Shown piece after piece: positions 9,073 through 19,174 of a stretch of 64,000 nucleotides of DNA. Source of the stretch: an uncultured candidate division WWE3 bacterium (lineage in GTDB: Bacteria > Patescibacteriota > WWE3 > UBA101185 > UBA10185); contig CAVXUZ010000004.1 of NCBI GenBank assembly GCA_963765125.1, positions 792-64,791 of the forward strand. The letters are read 5' to 3'. Numbering within the stretch: position 1 is the stretch's first letter; each line of letters starts with the position of its first letter. The notes below the pieces were generated by a model that did no database searches, was not told where the DNA came from, and saw only the letters and a program-made list of their open reading frames with translations. A program made the position numbers and the translations under genes.

Positions 9073-10962
9073 ATGAAAGTATTTGTCGGAGGTCACCTCA
9101 TCAATATGAGTAGCTTAGACGTAATAGGTCCAGGCGGTGAGGGTCTTGTGGTCAAAGCCAAAATCAACGGAAATAAAACTGTTGCACTTAAGGTTTACCA
9201 TGAGAAGTTGCAAACAATAGCACGCGCAAGAAAACTTAAAGCCTTCTTTGCGCAAAAATGGACTTTACCGACAAACAGGATTGCGGTACCAATCGAACCG
9301 GCTTACAACGAAGATAAATCATTAATCATAGGTTTGATAATGCCCTATCTCGGAACCGGCTTCGACGACATTGCACAACTTTCCAATAAAAATATACGAC
9401 TAAGTTATGGCATAAATACCAAAAACGTAGCTCAAATATTTTTAGATGGCCTCGGAACTCTTGAGCAGATCCATTCTAATGGACTAGTGGTTGGTGATCT
9501 TAGCGATCGCAACGTCCTATTCCGAGGAACGGAGATGCTATGGATCGATGTTGACTCCTGGCAGTTTGGTAATTTTCCATGTCCCGTAGCTACAGAGGAA
9601 TACGTTGACCCCAATCTTTACGGGGTTGATCTTCCAAATGCTCCGGCGTTTAAACCTGAAAATGACTGGTATTCCTTCGCTGTCTTATTTTTCAGAAGCC
9701 TCTTAATGGTTCATCCATACGGAGGCGTCCATAAAACAGTAAAAGAATTAAAACGAAGAGCGAAGAGTAGAATCACGGTTTTTGACAAAGACGTGAAATA
9801 CCCAAAGATCGCTTTTTCACCAGACATTTTATCAGACGATTTGGCTCAGGAATTCGACAAGATATTCAGAACTGGCGTAAGGGAAACTTTCCCAAAAAGC
9901 CTAGTCCAAAATTATCTTAATGACCTGACTGAATGTTCAAACTGTCATTCGTGGTACCCACGAAATAGAAAAGGTTGTCCTGTTTGTAACAAACGCACTG
10001 TAGTGATTATCGCAAGAAAAGTTATTGCTAATAAGGGTGTTAGGTCTTTCGAGTTTTTTAAAACCTCAGGCGACATCGTTTACACAAAAGTTAGTAATAA
10101 CAAAATCTTTGTGGTAACTCATGAAAATGGAAAAGCTAAGTTACATACAATCGACCAAAACGGTAACGTTTCAGAAAAACATCTTTCAGATACTTCCGAA
10201 GGTGCCCGTTACACTATGACCGAAGAAATTCTGTCTGTAAATTACGGACACTCACAAGAAATTATCCTGCACGATGTTACATCAAAAAGCGTGAGGCAAA
10301 TAAAGCAAACCGTTACGGAACTTTATGAACCAAACCGTAGGGCAGTCTTTCAAGCAACACAAAATAAAGTCCTTCGCATGATCGGAGGAAATATTCTATC
10401 TATAGAGAAAGGAGGAATGGGAATAATTGAACGATCAATCAGAACTGGTGTTCCTAACCAAACATGGTTTTCCGCAAACGACAGTTACAACGGAATGCAG
10501 CTTTTTGGCTTAATCCAAATACTGCACGAAAAAAGATTCTGGTACCACCTAGATGGGCAGAACTTTGAACCCAGTATTCCAAACTTAGAAATAGACGAGG
10601 TTCTGCTAGACATTTCTGTAAAGTTCTCACATGGAGAAGTATTACTAAGAAGGAAGTCACAGCAAAACGGAGTCGACTTTTTAAGACAAGAAATTGTGAA
10701 CGACAACGGTGAGGTAACTTACTCATCAAGAATTAGGTATGGTGATTATCCGGTACAAGGTATGCACGGGCAGATTTACTCAAACGGTATACTGCTTCAT
10801 GCTACAGACGACGGGATAGTTCAAGAAAAAGTTACTAGCCAAGAGTTCAAGACCTTCAAGCAAACTATGCCTTTTGTTGGAGAAGGAGACATCCTTCACA
10901 AATTTAACAAGGGCATCGTCGTAGTAGATTCAAACTCAATAACATATCTTGAATTAAGATAA
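9073..10962 (+). CDS. Ser/Thr protein kinase-like protein with zinc-ribbon and large C-terminal domain of unknown function
   Basis: Gly-loop GPGGEG, VALK lysine, catalytic loop GDLSDRNVLF, DVDSWQFG, DWYSFAVLF; CSNCHSW...CPVCNK zinc ribbon; RBS AAGGAGG. Confidence 0.65.
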   Translation: MKVFVGGHLINMSSLDVIGPGGEGLVVKAKINGNKTVALKVYHEKLQTIARARKLKAFFAQKWTLPTNRIAVPIEPAYNEDKSLIIGLIMPYLGTGFDDIAQLSNKNIRLSYGINTKNVAQIFLDGLGTLEQIHSNGLVVGDLSDRNVLFRGTEMLWIDVDSWQFGNFPCPVATEEYVDPNLYGVDLPNAPAFKPENDWYSFAVLFFRSLLMVHPYGGVHKTVKELKRRAKSRITVFDKDVKYPKIAFSPDILSDDLAQEFDKIFRTGVRETFPKSLVQNYLNDLTECSNCHSWYPRNRKGCPVCNKRTVVIIARKVIANKGVRSFEFFKTSGDIVYTKVSNNKIFVVTHENGKAKLHTIDQNGNVSEKHLSDTSEGARYTMTEEILSVNYGHSQEIILHDVTSKSVRQIKQTVTELYEPNRRAVFQATQNKVLRMIGGNILSIEKGGMGIIERSIRTGVPNQTWFSANDSYNGMQLFGLIQILHEKRFWYHLDGQNFEPSIPNLEIDEVLLDISVKFSHGEVLLRRKSQQNGVDFLRQEIVNDNGEVTYSSRIRYGDYPVQGMHGQIYSNGILLHATDDGIVQEKVTSQEFKTFKQTMPFVGEGDILHKFNKGIVVVDSNSITYLELR

Positions 10963-10981
10963 CAAAAAAAGGAGAAATAAA

Positions 10982-11914
10982 ATGAACACAAAAAATAGTT
11001 TTCTATCGCTCTACAATCCTGACGACATCTACAAAGACTACACACCACGAATCCAGGAATTTATGGAACTGGGTGTTAAAGCCGGTTTGCAATCTTCTCA
11101 CAAAGACAAGGTTCGCGGTGCACTAGTCATCATCGACATGCAAAACGACTTTGTCAGACCCAACGGCGCTTTGGCTGTACCCAACGCAGAAGATGACGTG
11201 AAACGCCTGGTGGAATTTATTTACACCAACGCAGAATCAATCACTGCCATCTACTCAACGTTAGACTCTCACTACCCTATGCAGATCTTTTACAGCGAAT
11301 GGTGGGAAAATCCTGCAACAGGTGAACATCCTGCTAGCTTTACAGTCATCACAGCTACCGACATCAAAAACGGTACCTGGCGCGCCCGCATTGATCCCGT
11401 TTGGTCACACAAGTATGTGGCTGAACTAGGTAAAAAGGGAAAGAAAGCCTTGATGATCTGGCCAAAGCACACAATGGTAGGAACTTGGGGCCATGCGATC
11501 ATTCCGGCACTGGCAGAGGCAATTGCCTGGCACAGCGCAGCAAGAATGACACAACCCACTTTTCTGACCAAAGGTGACGTCCCACAGGTTGAGCGGTACG
11601 GAGCCTTCGCACCCGAAGTGGAATATCCCAATAACCCCCGTGGTGGAACGGATACTTTCATACTAGATGCAATTGGGCGCTACGACCGAACCTGGTGGGC
11701 AGGAGAAGCAGAAACACACTGTGTAATTGAAAGCCAAATTCAGGCTGTCGATTACTTTAAAAATCAGCCAGACGTGCTAAAAAGCATGTTCTTTCTGATG
11801 GATTGCACCAGCCCCATCCTTCATCCAGCGATAGACTTTGTCGCAATTGCTCGAGCTGAGCAAAAGCGTATGGAGTCACTCGGGGTGCAGCTGGTAAAAA
11901 GCACAGAAATATAG
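10982..11914 (+). CDS. pncA: Nicotinamidase / isochorismatase-family hydrolase (PncA-like)
   Basis: ALVIIDMQNDF..., LDSHYP, KHTMVGTWGH, ETHCVIES catalytic Cys context; RBS AAAGGAG. Confidence 0.6.
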   Translation: MNTKNSFLSLYNPDDIYKDYTPRIQEFMELGVKAGLQSSHKDKVRGALVIIDMQNDFVRPNGALAVPNAEDDVKRLVEFIYTNAESITAIYSTLDSHYPMQIFYSEWWENPATGEHPASFTVITATDIKNGTWRARIDPVWSHKYVAELGKKGKKALMIWPKHTMVGTWGHAIIPALAEAIAWHSAARMTQPTFLTKGDVPQVERYGAFAPEVEYPNNPRGGTDTFILDAIGRYDRTWWAGEAETHCVIESQIQAVDYFKNQPDVLKSMFFLMDCTSPILHPAIDFVAIARAEQKRMESLGVQLVKSTEI

Positions 11915-11925
11915 AGGAGATTAAC

Positions 11926-12720
11926 ATGAACACAAAAAAATCTTCAACCCAAGTTACTGTCAATCCGCAGGCTTCGTTCAATTCGGCTCTTGCCGATGGG
12001 AGCATTAGCAGAGTATCGCATGAAATTCTGGTAGAAAACCTCAATACGCTAACCACGTTGGGTGCGCAGGGTGTTTCTCCAGATGATTTAGCCGAAGATC
12101 GTGTAACGATTTTTGTGCCAGTCCTGGATGCATCTGGCTCCCGCTTCAACGAAAGTGATTTAATGCGCTCCGAATACAACAAAATGTTGGACGCTCTAAA
12201 ACTGAGCAAGGCAAGCCACACAATCCTGGTGTCTTCCTGGATGTTCAACACATCGACTGCATTACTTCATGGTTTTGTGTCACTCGATGACGCAGAACGT
12301 TTGGATGTAAATAATTACAACCCAGACGGTGGAACAGCAATGTTTGACGCGATGCTAAATGCCCTGACGAGCACCACAGCATACGCAAAATCACTTCTTG
12401 ACCAAGGTTACCGAGTGAAAGTCGTAATCGTTCTGATAACAGACGGTGAAGATAACTCAAGCGACCCTTCAACCTTGGGCAATGTTAAGAAAGTGATTGC
12501 AGATCTTCTGACTCAGGAAATCTATGTATTTTCCATGATCGCTTTTGGCACCGGGTACGCTCAATCAGCGGCCAGGAACATGGGTATTCCTGATCTAAAT
12601 GTTATCGAATTCGGCGGAACCGACAGGGATATCCGTAACGCTTTTAGTTTAGTGAGCAGCTCAGTGATTCGCCAAAGTCAAACACAAATCGGCGGTTCAT
12701 CAAGCTTCTTCGCACCGTAA
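11926..12720 (+). CDS. von Willebrand factor A (vWA) domain protein with MIDAS motif
   Basis: DASGS ... DGGT ... TDGEDN MIDAS residues; RBS GAGGAG. Confidence 0.65.
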   Translation: MNTKKSSTQVTVNPQASFNSALADGSISRVSHEILVENLNTLTTLGAQGVSPDDLAEDRVTIFVPVLDASGSRFNESDLMRSEYNKMLDALKLSKASHTILVSSWMFNTSTALLHGFVSLDDAERLDVNNYNPDGGTAMFDAMLNALTSTTAYAKSLLDQGYRVKVVIVLITDGEDNSSDPSTLGNVKKVIADLLTQEIYVFSMIAFGTGYAQSAARNMGIPDLNVIEFGGTDRDIRNAFSLVSSSVIRQSQTQIGGSSSFFAP

Positions 12721-12799
12721 ACTTGAAAGCGTAATTATAGGGCAGCATACAAAAACAAATGTCTGCTGCCCTTCCTTATTTAAAGAAAAGGAGGTTTAA

Positions 12800-13981
12800 A
12801 TGCAACCCATTATTACGTCTCTGTTAACAAACGACTTCTATAAATTCACCATGCAACAATTGATTCTCAGAAATTTTTCTGATGTAAACGTAAAATACAA
12901 ATTTTACAACAGGGGCAACACAGAATTTCCAGAAGGGTTTGCAAATAAACTTCAGAAACATGTGAATGCTCTTGAAAAACTTAAATTTCATCCTGCAGAG
13001 GTAAACTTTTTAAGAATGAAAGCACCATTTCTCAAAGAAAGTTATTTGAAATGGTTAGAAATTTTTCAACCAAATGCAAGCCAAGTTTTCATAAAGCAAA
13101 GTGGAGGTAGTTTAGACATAGAGGTAGAAGGCCCATGGTGTCAATCAATCTATTGGGAAATCCCTCTCTTGTCGATTATTTCAGAACTATACTTTTTGGA
13201 AACTAATCAACACGCGGATGACAATTATGTTGAACGGGCATCGCAAAAATTTGCACTTCTTAAAGCAAACGGTGTTTCGTTTGCTGACTTTGGTCTCAGA
13301 AGACGCTTCTCTGCAACCGTACATGAAGCAGTTTTACTCGAGATGATCAAACATACAAGAGGTGAAAATGACTTAGGAGGATTTGTAGGAACAAGTAACG
13401 TAAATCTTGCTTACAAACATAACACAAGACCAATCGGAACTATGGCGCACGAACTTCCTATGGTCATCGCAGGGCTTTACGGCTTTAGGTCAGCTAATGA
13501 AATCTTGCTTAAATCCTGGCAAGATGAGTTCAACGGTGACCTCGGAATCGCTCTTACGGATACCTTTACAACAAAGGTATTTCTACAAAGCTTTAATAGA
13601 GAGCACGCAAACACTTTCGACGGTGTGCGCCAAGATTCAGGTTCACCAGAAGAATTTTCTGGTTTGATAATAGAACACTACAAAAGTTTAGGTATTGACC
13701 CGATGACCAAAACAATAATCTTTAGTGACAACCTAAACGCCAGCAGGGCCATTGAAATCGCAAAGTACTGTGAGGGTAAAATAAAATGCTCATTTGGCAT
13801 TGGAACTAACTTCACAAACGATGTAGGAGTCAAACCTCTAAATATCGTAATTAAAGCTGACTGCGCAGGAAGAAAAGGGCAACCGATGCTTCCCACAGTT
13901 AAGCTATCAGACTCAATAGGAAAAATAACGGGAGATACTGCAACAGCTAATAAGGCCAAGTATCTTCTGGGAATCTCCTAA
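12800..13981 (+). CDS. pncB: Nicotinate phosphoribosyltransferase
   Basis: Collinear similarity to E. coli PncB (LTNDFYKFTMQQ, SGPW, EIPLLSIISE, GLRRRFS, VGTSN, GTMAHE, GIALTDTF, RQDSGSP, SFGIGT, KPLNIVIK, KLSDS.GK); RBS AAAGGAGG. Confidence 0.85.
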   Translation: MQPIITSLLTNDFYKFTMQQLILRNFSDVNVKYKFYNRGNTEFPEGFANKLQKHVNALEKLKFHPAEVNFLRMKAPFLKESYLKWLEIFQPNASQVFIKQSGGSLDIEVEGPWCQSIYWEIPLLSIISELYFLETNQHADDNYVERASQKFALLKANGVSFADFGLRRRFSATVHEAVLLEMIKHTRGENDLGGFVGTSNVNLAYKHNTRPIGTMAHELPMVIAGLYGFRSANEILLKSWQDEFNGDLGIALTDTFTTKVFLQSFNREHANTFDGVRQDSGSPEEFSGLIIEHYKSLGIDPMTKTIIFSDNLNASRAIEIAKYCEGKIKCSFGIGTNFTNDVGVKPLNIVIKADCAGRKGQPMLPTVKLSDSIGKITGDTATANKAKYLLGIS

Positions 13982-13991
13982 AACAATTTAA

Positions 13992-14029
13992 AGGCAGAAT
14001 AAATCTAAATGATTGTTCTGCCTTTTTTT
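13992..14029 (+). terminator. Rho-independent terminator after pncB (AGGCAGAA...TTCTGCCT + TTTTTTT)
   Basis: Seen in sequence. Confidence 0.6.
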
Positions 14030-14063
14030 AACATGGACGTTTTGTAAAAGCTTGTGATAAAAA

Positions 14064-14078
14064 ATCACCAAACCAAAA
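14064..14078 (+). repeat. 15-nt motif ATCACCAAACCAAAA (copy 4)
   Basis: Exact match, intergenic, just downstream of pncB terminator. Confidence 0.8.
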
Positions 14079-14387
14079 ATACCTACACTCTGTAAAAACA
14101 AACCTCAATCCATAAAAGCTTCTACTTAAAAGCAAAAATTCCCTAATTTTCATTTACAAACAAAATCCTATAGTATATAATCTTTTTTATGCATGAACGA
14201 GATAACAACTATCTTAATAAATTATCTAATTACCCAGTTACTAGGGCAGATTTTGTTGCCAAAAATTGGGACTTGATGGTTGTTGCTTATTCACCTGTAA
14301 AAACTTTTTAACTTTAAACAGCAATCACCAACTCCCAAGGTTGGTAGGTTGCACATTCAAAACATAATTAAATAAGGAGTTTATAAA

Positions 14388-15194
14388 ATGAACGCTAGTA
14401 ATGTAGTACAAACGTTTTATCGTCGTGCTCGGCAATATGATTTTGATTATGCCGATTATGGAGTGGACATTCCTTTTAATGTTCAACTCGCTCAAGAGCT
14501 TGCTAAAAACGGTAAGGTACTCGAGTTTGCGTGCGGAACAGGCAGAATAACTTTTGCCATCGCAAAAATGGGTGTAAATATTACCGGTGTTGATATTTCT
14601 CCGGCGATGCTCGACGTAGCTCGTGAAAAGTTGGTCTCGTTGAAAGCAGGCGGTGAAATTACACACGATGTTCTTTTGTTTGAAGGTGATATGCGAAACT
14701 TTGATGCGGGAAAAGGACTTTACGATTATGTCTTTATTCCTTTCACTAGTTTTTTGCATCTCACTGATCGACAGTCTCAGCAAGATGCGTTAACCAATGC
14801 CTACGAACATTTAGTTCCTGGTGGTTACTTTTTGGCAGATATCTTTATGCCGGATGTAGTACACCTCGCGCGAGATCTCGGACCCAATTGGTTGACTCAA
14901 GAAAAGACAGTCGAACGTGACGGCAGAATGCTAGTGCGTTTGTCAGCTGTGCGATACAACCAAGCATCACAGATTATTTTTGGCAAATGGTATTACCAGC
15001 TCTACGAAACCACTGGCGACGGTCGACAGATAGACTCGTACTGTGTTCCTATGGAACTTCGTGTGATTTTTCCTGCTGAATGGGAACTGTTGTTAGAACG
15101 AGCAGGCTTTAAAATTGAGCAAAAGTGGGGTGGGTTTAATCGTGAACCTTACGATGCCTCATCCAAACGTATGCTCTTTCTGTGTAAGAAATAG
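14388..15194 (+). CDS. Class I SAM-dependent methyltransferase
   Basis: VLEFACGTGRITFAIAKMG motif I; RBS AAGGAG. Confidence 0.6.
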   Translation: MNASNVVQTFYRRARQYDFDYADYGVDIPFNVQLAQELAKNGKVLEFACGTGRITFAIAKMGVNITGVDISPAMLDVAREKLVSLKAGGEITHDVLLFEGDMRNFDAGKGLYDYVFIPFTSFLHLTDRQSQQDALTNAYEHLVPGGYFLADIFMPDVVHLARDLGPNWLTQEKTVERDGRMLVRLSAVRYNQASQIIFGKWYYQLYETTGDGRQIDSYCVPMELRVIFPAEWELLLERAGFKIEQKWGGFNREPYDASSKRMLFLCKK

Positions 15195-15222
15195 TAAATT
15201 GATTTAAAACCTTGGGAGTTGA

Positions 15223-15260
15223 AACCCCGGCGGTGCTTTATGCATTTCCGGGGTTTTTCT
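15223..15260 (+). terminator. Hairpin terminator (AAACCCCGG...CCGGGGTTT + T-run)
   Basis: 9-bp stem, T-rich tail. Confidence 0.5.
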
Positions 15261-15261
15261 T

Positions 15262-15276
15262 TTTTGGTTTGGTGAT
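15262..15276 (-). repeat. 15-nt motif ATCACCAAACCAAAA (copy 5, minus orientation)
   Basis: Exact reverse-complement match immediately after terminator hairpin. Confidence 0.8.
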
Positions 15277-15324
15277 TTATTTGCTTTGATTATATTTTGG
15301 TAGACAATTAGCAACGAGAAATGG

Positions 15325-15786
15325 TTAAAGATTTAAAACAGCTTCTTTTCTATCTGATAATTTGAATCCAATCTTTTCATGAAACCTTATTGATTTTGGA
15401 TTGTCTACATTAATTAATCCTTTTATTTTTTTAATATTCATTCTTTTTGCTTTTTCAATTAAGCCTTCGTACAGTAATGGGCCAATACCTTTGTTTTGGT
15501 AATCTGGATTAATACAAATGTAACTAAGAAATAAAGTACCTTTGAACGGCAAGGTTTCATATGAAAAAATAAATCCCACAATTTTGTCGTCAATTTCTGC
15601 TACAAAACAAAAACCAGTGCTAACGTTAATACTAAACTCTGATTTTCTTGAAATTAAATGGGACTCTCTTTCGTCTTCGCTCATATTCTCAAAGTCTTCA
15701 TCTAGATATTGTTTCTGCGCTGATACATCAACGCTATATACAGCAGGGTAGTCTTCATTTGTCATTTCACGTATTTTTATATTCAT
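15325..15786 (-). CDS. GNAT-family N-acetyltransferase
   Basis: Q/RxxGxG/A acetyl-CoA motif region (YQNKGIGPLLYEGL). Confidence 0.65.
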   Translation of the reverse strand: MNIKIREMTNEDYPAVYSVDVSAQKQYLDEDFENMSEDERESHLISRKSEFSINVSTGFCFVAEIDDKIVGFIFSYETLPFKGTLFLSYICINPDYQNKGIGPLLYEGLIEKAKRMNIKKIKGLINVDNPKSIRFHEKIGFKLSDRKEAVLNL

Positions 15787-15918
15787 ATTTTTAGTTTATC
15801 ATCTGTAGGTTATAGGATCGGTACTATTATTGTATATCTCAAACCCAAACATCGCCAAACAAAAAATGTTTATAAAATTCTGGTTTTAAGTTTTACTTCT
15901 AGGCTATACAATTTAACT

Positions 15919-16566
15919 ATGAAAATAATAGATACACTAAAAAAGCTAGGAATATTTAGATTTGGATCTGTTTCGGGGACCTACAAAAACGGGGCAGAAA
16001 GGCCAACTGAGTTTATGATGGACGGCGTAATGAACGCAAAAACTGATTTAATTGGAAAAGGCAAGTTTAAGAAAATGCTTAGAATCTTTTACTATTTGTT
16101 TGTAGGAATTATTATCATTTCTTTTTTACAAGGAATACTTTCTAAGCCATCTACAGATATGACTGCTGAAGAGGCACTTATTGCGAGTGGTGGTGAAGAA
16201 CCAACAGTTATAAATAAAGATTCAACTACATTGCTTTTAGAAGAAATCGCAAAAGTTGGAGGTGTGGATGAGTACTTAGTTGAAGAAGACAGCACTTTAT
16301 GGACTTCTAAAAATATTAATGTTCAAAGAACTAGTACTAAAAGTTTAGGTTCGGAAGATATTGATTTAGACAGCGTTAAAAGCTTTTTTGCAAAAGAAGG
16401 CTGGACAACAAATGTTATTGGTTTTAATTATGTTGAAAAAAATAATATGGGCGGTATAGGTTACATAGCTCCAATGGGCGAAGAATATAAATACAAAGCG
16501 GCGATGTGTATTATCCTCGAAAGTCAAAACAAGATTTCGTGTGGATGGGGCCCTGGCGCTAATTAA
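15919..16566 (+). CDS. Membrane-anchored hypothetical protein
   Basis: ORF with one TM helix. Confidence 0.45.
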   Translation: MKIIDTLKKLGIFRFGSVSGTYKNGAERPTEFMMDGVMNAKTDLIGKGKFKKMLRIFYYLFVGIIIISFLQGILSKPSTDMTAEEALIASGGEEPTVINKDSTTLLLEEIAKVGGVDEYLVEEDSTLWTSKNINVQRTSTKSLGSEDIDLDSVKSFFAKEGWTTNVIGFNYVEKNNMGGIGYIAPMGEEYKYKAAMCIILESQNKISCGWGPGAN

Positions 16567-16628
16567 ACGTAACATTGTTTTTACAAATAAAAAAACCTCG
16601 TGGTGTTATTTACGAGGTTTTTTGGTAG

Positions 16629-17021
16629 TTATCTTTTCCCTTTAATAATATCTAAGATTTTTTGAGCAAGTGAGGGGTGTAACCTGTTCATCAAGTCTTT
16701 GTGATCCTTTTTACAGTCGTGGATTACACTACTATGAGCAAGTACTCTAAAGCGGCACTTCCACATTGTACGCCAACGAGAGATTTTTAATATGCGCACC
16801 TCCCATCGTTTATTACCAAGCCGCTCTTCCATAAGAAGAAAGTCACCTTCTGAAATACACTTAGCTCCGTATTCGTCAAGCGCAAGAGCGTTAATGCCGT
16901 TGAACTGCTGGTATCTTCCCAGATACTTTCCATCCAGTGTATACAAATACCAATAGCCCTCTACCATCGCAATTTCTCCTTTCTCCACAGTTTTCTTTTT
17001 ATTGCGGTTAGTATACCACAA
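16629..17021 (-). CDS. Hypothetical protein
   Basis: ORF only. Confidence 0.35.
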   Translation of the reverse strand: MWYTNRNKKKTVEKGEIAMVEGYWYLYTLDGKYLGRYQQFNGINALALDEYGAKCISEGDFLLMEERLGNKRWEVRILKISRWRTMWKCRFRVLAHSSVIHDCKKDHKDLMNRLHPSLAQKILDIIKGKR

Positions 17022-17069
17022 TATATATTGGTGATTTTTAATTTTTATTGAAGCTCAAAAATATTAGAT

Positions 17070-17109
17070 AAAAAAAGAGATAGTGTTTAATATTTAATAA
17101 CACTATCTC
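17070..17109 (-). terminator. Rho-independent terminator on minus strand (11-bp perfect stem GAGATAGTGTT/AACACTATCTC then T7)
   Basis: Seen in sequence downstream of 17124..17393 (-). Confidence 0.6.
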
Positions 17110-17123
17110 AATTAGTTGGGTCG

Positions 17124-17393
17124 TCATCCAAACAAACCTTTTTTCTTTGGTTTTTCTGCGAGCTCAGAAATATCTTCGATTTTAAATATATTCAGTGACT
17201 CGCCGTTCAACCCAAGCACACGGACACGCAGCGCTTTGTTAGTATTTTGATTATACAAGAACACCTGCTCACCTGGGTCAAGGATATTACCCAAACTGCC
17301 GTCAATGAAAAGCAGGTTTACGTCTTTGTTTATCTGGCAATTACCAATGAATGTCTGGTCCAATCTGTGCAAAAGGCACGTTGTTTGAAACAT
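17124..17393 (-). CDS. Hypothetical small protein
   Basis: ORF only. Confidence 0.35.
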   Translation of the reverse strand: MFQTTCLLHRLDQTFIGNCQINKDVNLLFIDGSLGNILDPGEQVFLYNQNTNKALRVRVLGLNGESLNIFKIEDISELAEKPKKKGLFG

Positions 17394-17499
17394 CTTAATC
17401 TCCTTTCTAATGTGGTTACAGTGATTATAACAAATTAAGTAAGTATTAACGGTGATTCTTTTAGCGCGGGCTTGCTTAAGACAATGTTAGAATATACGT

Positions 17500-18345
17500 A
17501 TGAACTTAAACGAATCCAGCTCGACAGAAAATACTGAAAATCATTATAATGAGACCGTACCACAACGTGCTTTAGAGATGGAAAAGATTGAAAAAGTGTT
17601 AGACGCTGGCAAAAGTGTTTTACTCTCAGGTGAAGACGGAAGTGGAAAAACCACGTTATTATCAGCACTCACTACAAAACTAAAAAACGAAGGTACTCAA
17701 ATTGAGTTTATTAATCATTTAGATTATCGAAGTCCTCAAGAACTTGGACGTAAACTTGAAACATTTTTAGAACCGGCAGTCAGGTCGAATGCGAAACCTA
17801 ACGAACTACCTATTTTACTGATCGACAGCATAGATTACGCGTGGGAGAAAACTGACGATGAAAGATCAAATCTTAGGCTAAGACTTGCGTCTGTCATCAA
17901 TTCAGAAAAGTTTAGATGCGTGATGACAATGCACTCCGAAGAACCAAAAGGTAAAAACGTTGATTACATTCTTAAAAAACAATTTCTACCTCAAATATCT
18001 GGTGATGGTATTGAAAAAATAGAATTGGCACCCTACTACACCCAAGAATCTGCAGAGGATTTTCTCAAAGCTAAAGGTTTACCAGAAAAAATGATAAATG
18101 ACCTAACCAAAGAAAACACCATCGGAAGGTCTCATGTACATCTTACAAATTATATTTTTACTGAAGAAAATGCGGGTTTGCTGGACTTGCTAAAAAATTA
18201 CGCAAACACATACGAGGCTGCTGTTTTAGAAAACGATACGACAAAAGCAGAATTTATTAATCAAAGATACGAGAAAAATATGAAAGAACTTTTGAAAATC
18301 GTTTACTTGAAAAAAGCTGAGAGCGACGAGAATTTTACTCATTAA
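17500..18345 (+). CDS. P-loop ATPase (AAA-like), function unknown
   Basis: Walker A GEDGSGKTT, Walker B LLIDSID. Confidence 0.55.
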   Translation: MNLNESSSTENTENHYNETVPQRALEMEKIEKVLDAGKSVLLSGEDGSGKTTLLSALTTKLKNEGTQIEFINHLDYRSPQELGRKLETFLEPAVRSNAKPNELPILLIDSIDYAWEKTDDERSNLRLRLASVINSEKFRCVMTMHSEEPKGKNVDYILKKQFLPQISGDGIEKIELAPYYTQESAEDFLKAKGLPEKMINDLTKENTIGRSHVHLTNYIFTEENAGLLDLLKNYANTYEAAVLENDTTKAEFINQRYEKNMKELLKIVYLKKAESDENFTH

Positions 18346-18423
18346 TTATTTTTAATCAAAATCACCAATGTCCGCACTATGTTAATATGACCCTGTAAAT
18401 AATAATTTGTGAAAGGATTTCTT

Positions 18424-19146
18424 ATGGATCAACCAAATAATGAATACACACCTATGCCAAGAATAGGTGATACTGCTCCCTCTTTTAAAGCAACGACCAC
18501 ACAAGGTACGATTGAATTTCCCTCTCAATACAAAGGTAATTGGGTAATTCTCTTTAGTCACCCCGCTGATTTTACGCCAGTGTGTACGTCTGAGTTTATG
18601 ACTTTTGCCAGTCTCGAAAAAAAGTTTAATGACGCTAATTGTAAATTGGTTGGGTTATCGGTTGACGGGTTGTATAGCCATATTGCGTGGCTAAGAACAA
18701 TCAAAGAAAAAATTGAGTACAAGGGTATGAAAAATGTTGAAGTTAAATTTCCTCTAATTGAGGACATCACAATGGAAGTAGCTAAGAAGTATGGCATGAT
18801 ACAACCGGGAGAAAGCACAACCAAGGCCGTTAGAGCTGTATTTTTTATAGACCCAAAAGGAATAATCAGAACGATTATTTACTATCCATTGAGTTTAGGA
18901 AGAAACTTTGCCGAACTTTACAGAGTATTAATTGGATTACAAACTGCAGATAACTTTTCAGTTGCCTTACCAGCAGACTGGGAACCGGGAGATGACGTCA
19001 TCGTACCACCAGCAAACTCTTGTGGAGTTGCAAAACAAAGAATGGATTCAAAAACTGAAATGAAATGCTATGACTGGTTTTTTTGTACAAAGAAACTAGC
19101 GAAAGAAGCTGTTCTAAAAGCTCTTACACCAAAGAAGAAAAAATAG
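18424..19146 (+). CDS. 1-Cys peroxiredoxin (Prx6-like)
   Basis: FTPVCTSEF peroxidatic Cys motif, HIAW; RBS AAAGGA before ATG at 18424. Confidence 0.8.
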   Translation: MDQPNNEYTPMPRIGDTAPSFKATTTQGTIEFPSQYKGNWVILFSHPADFTPVCTSEFMTFASLEKKFNDANCKLVGLSVDGLYSHIAWLRTIKEKIEYKGMKNVEVKFPLIEDITMEVAKKYGMIQPGESTTKAVRAVFFIDPKGIIRTIIYYPLSLGRNFAELYRVLIGLQTADNFSVALPADWEPGDDVIVPPANSCGVAKQRMDSKTEMKCYDWFFCTKKLAKEAVLKALTPKKKK

Positions 19147-19174
19147 TTTTTTTGAATTACAATTTAAAAAACAA

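Noticed and set aside
8321-13981. Possibility that the PP2C/kinase/vWA/pncA/pncB block is a prophage or anti-defence island
   Set aside because: No integrase, terminase, capsid or tRNA attachment site is present. Composition and RBS usage match the rest of the window. It is retained as a chromosomal operon (see findings).
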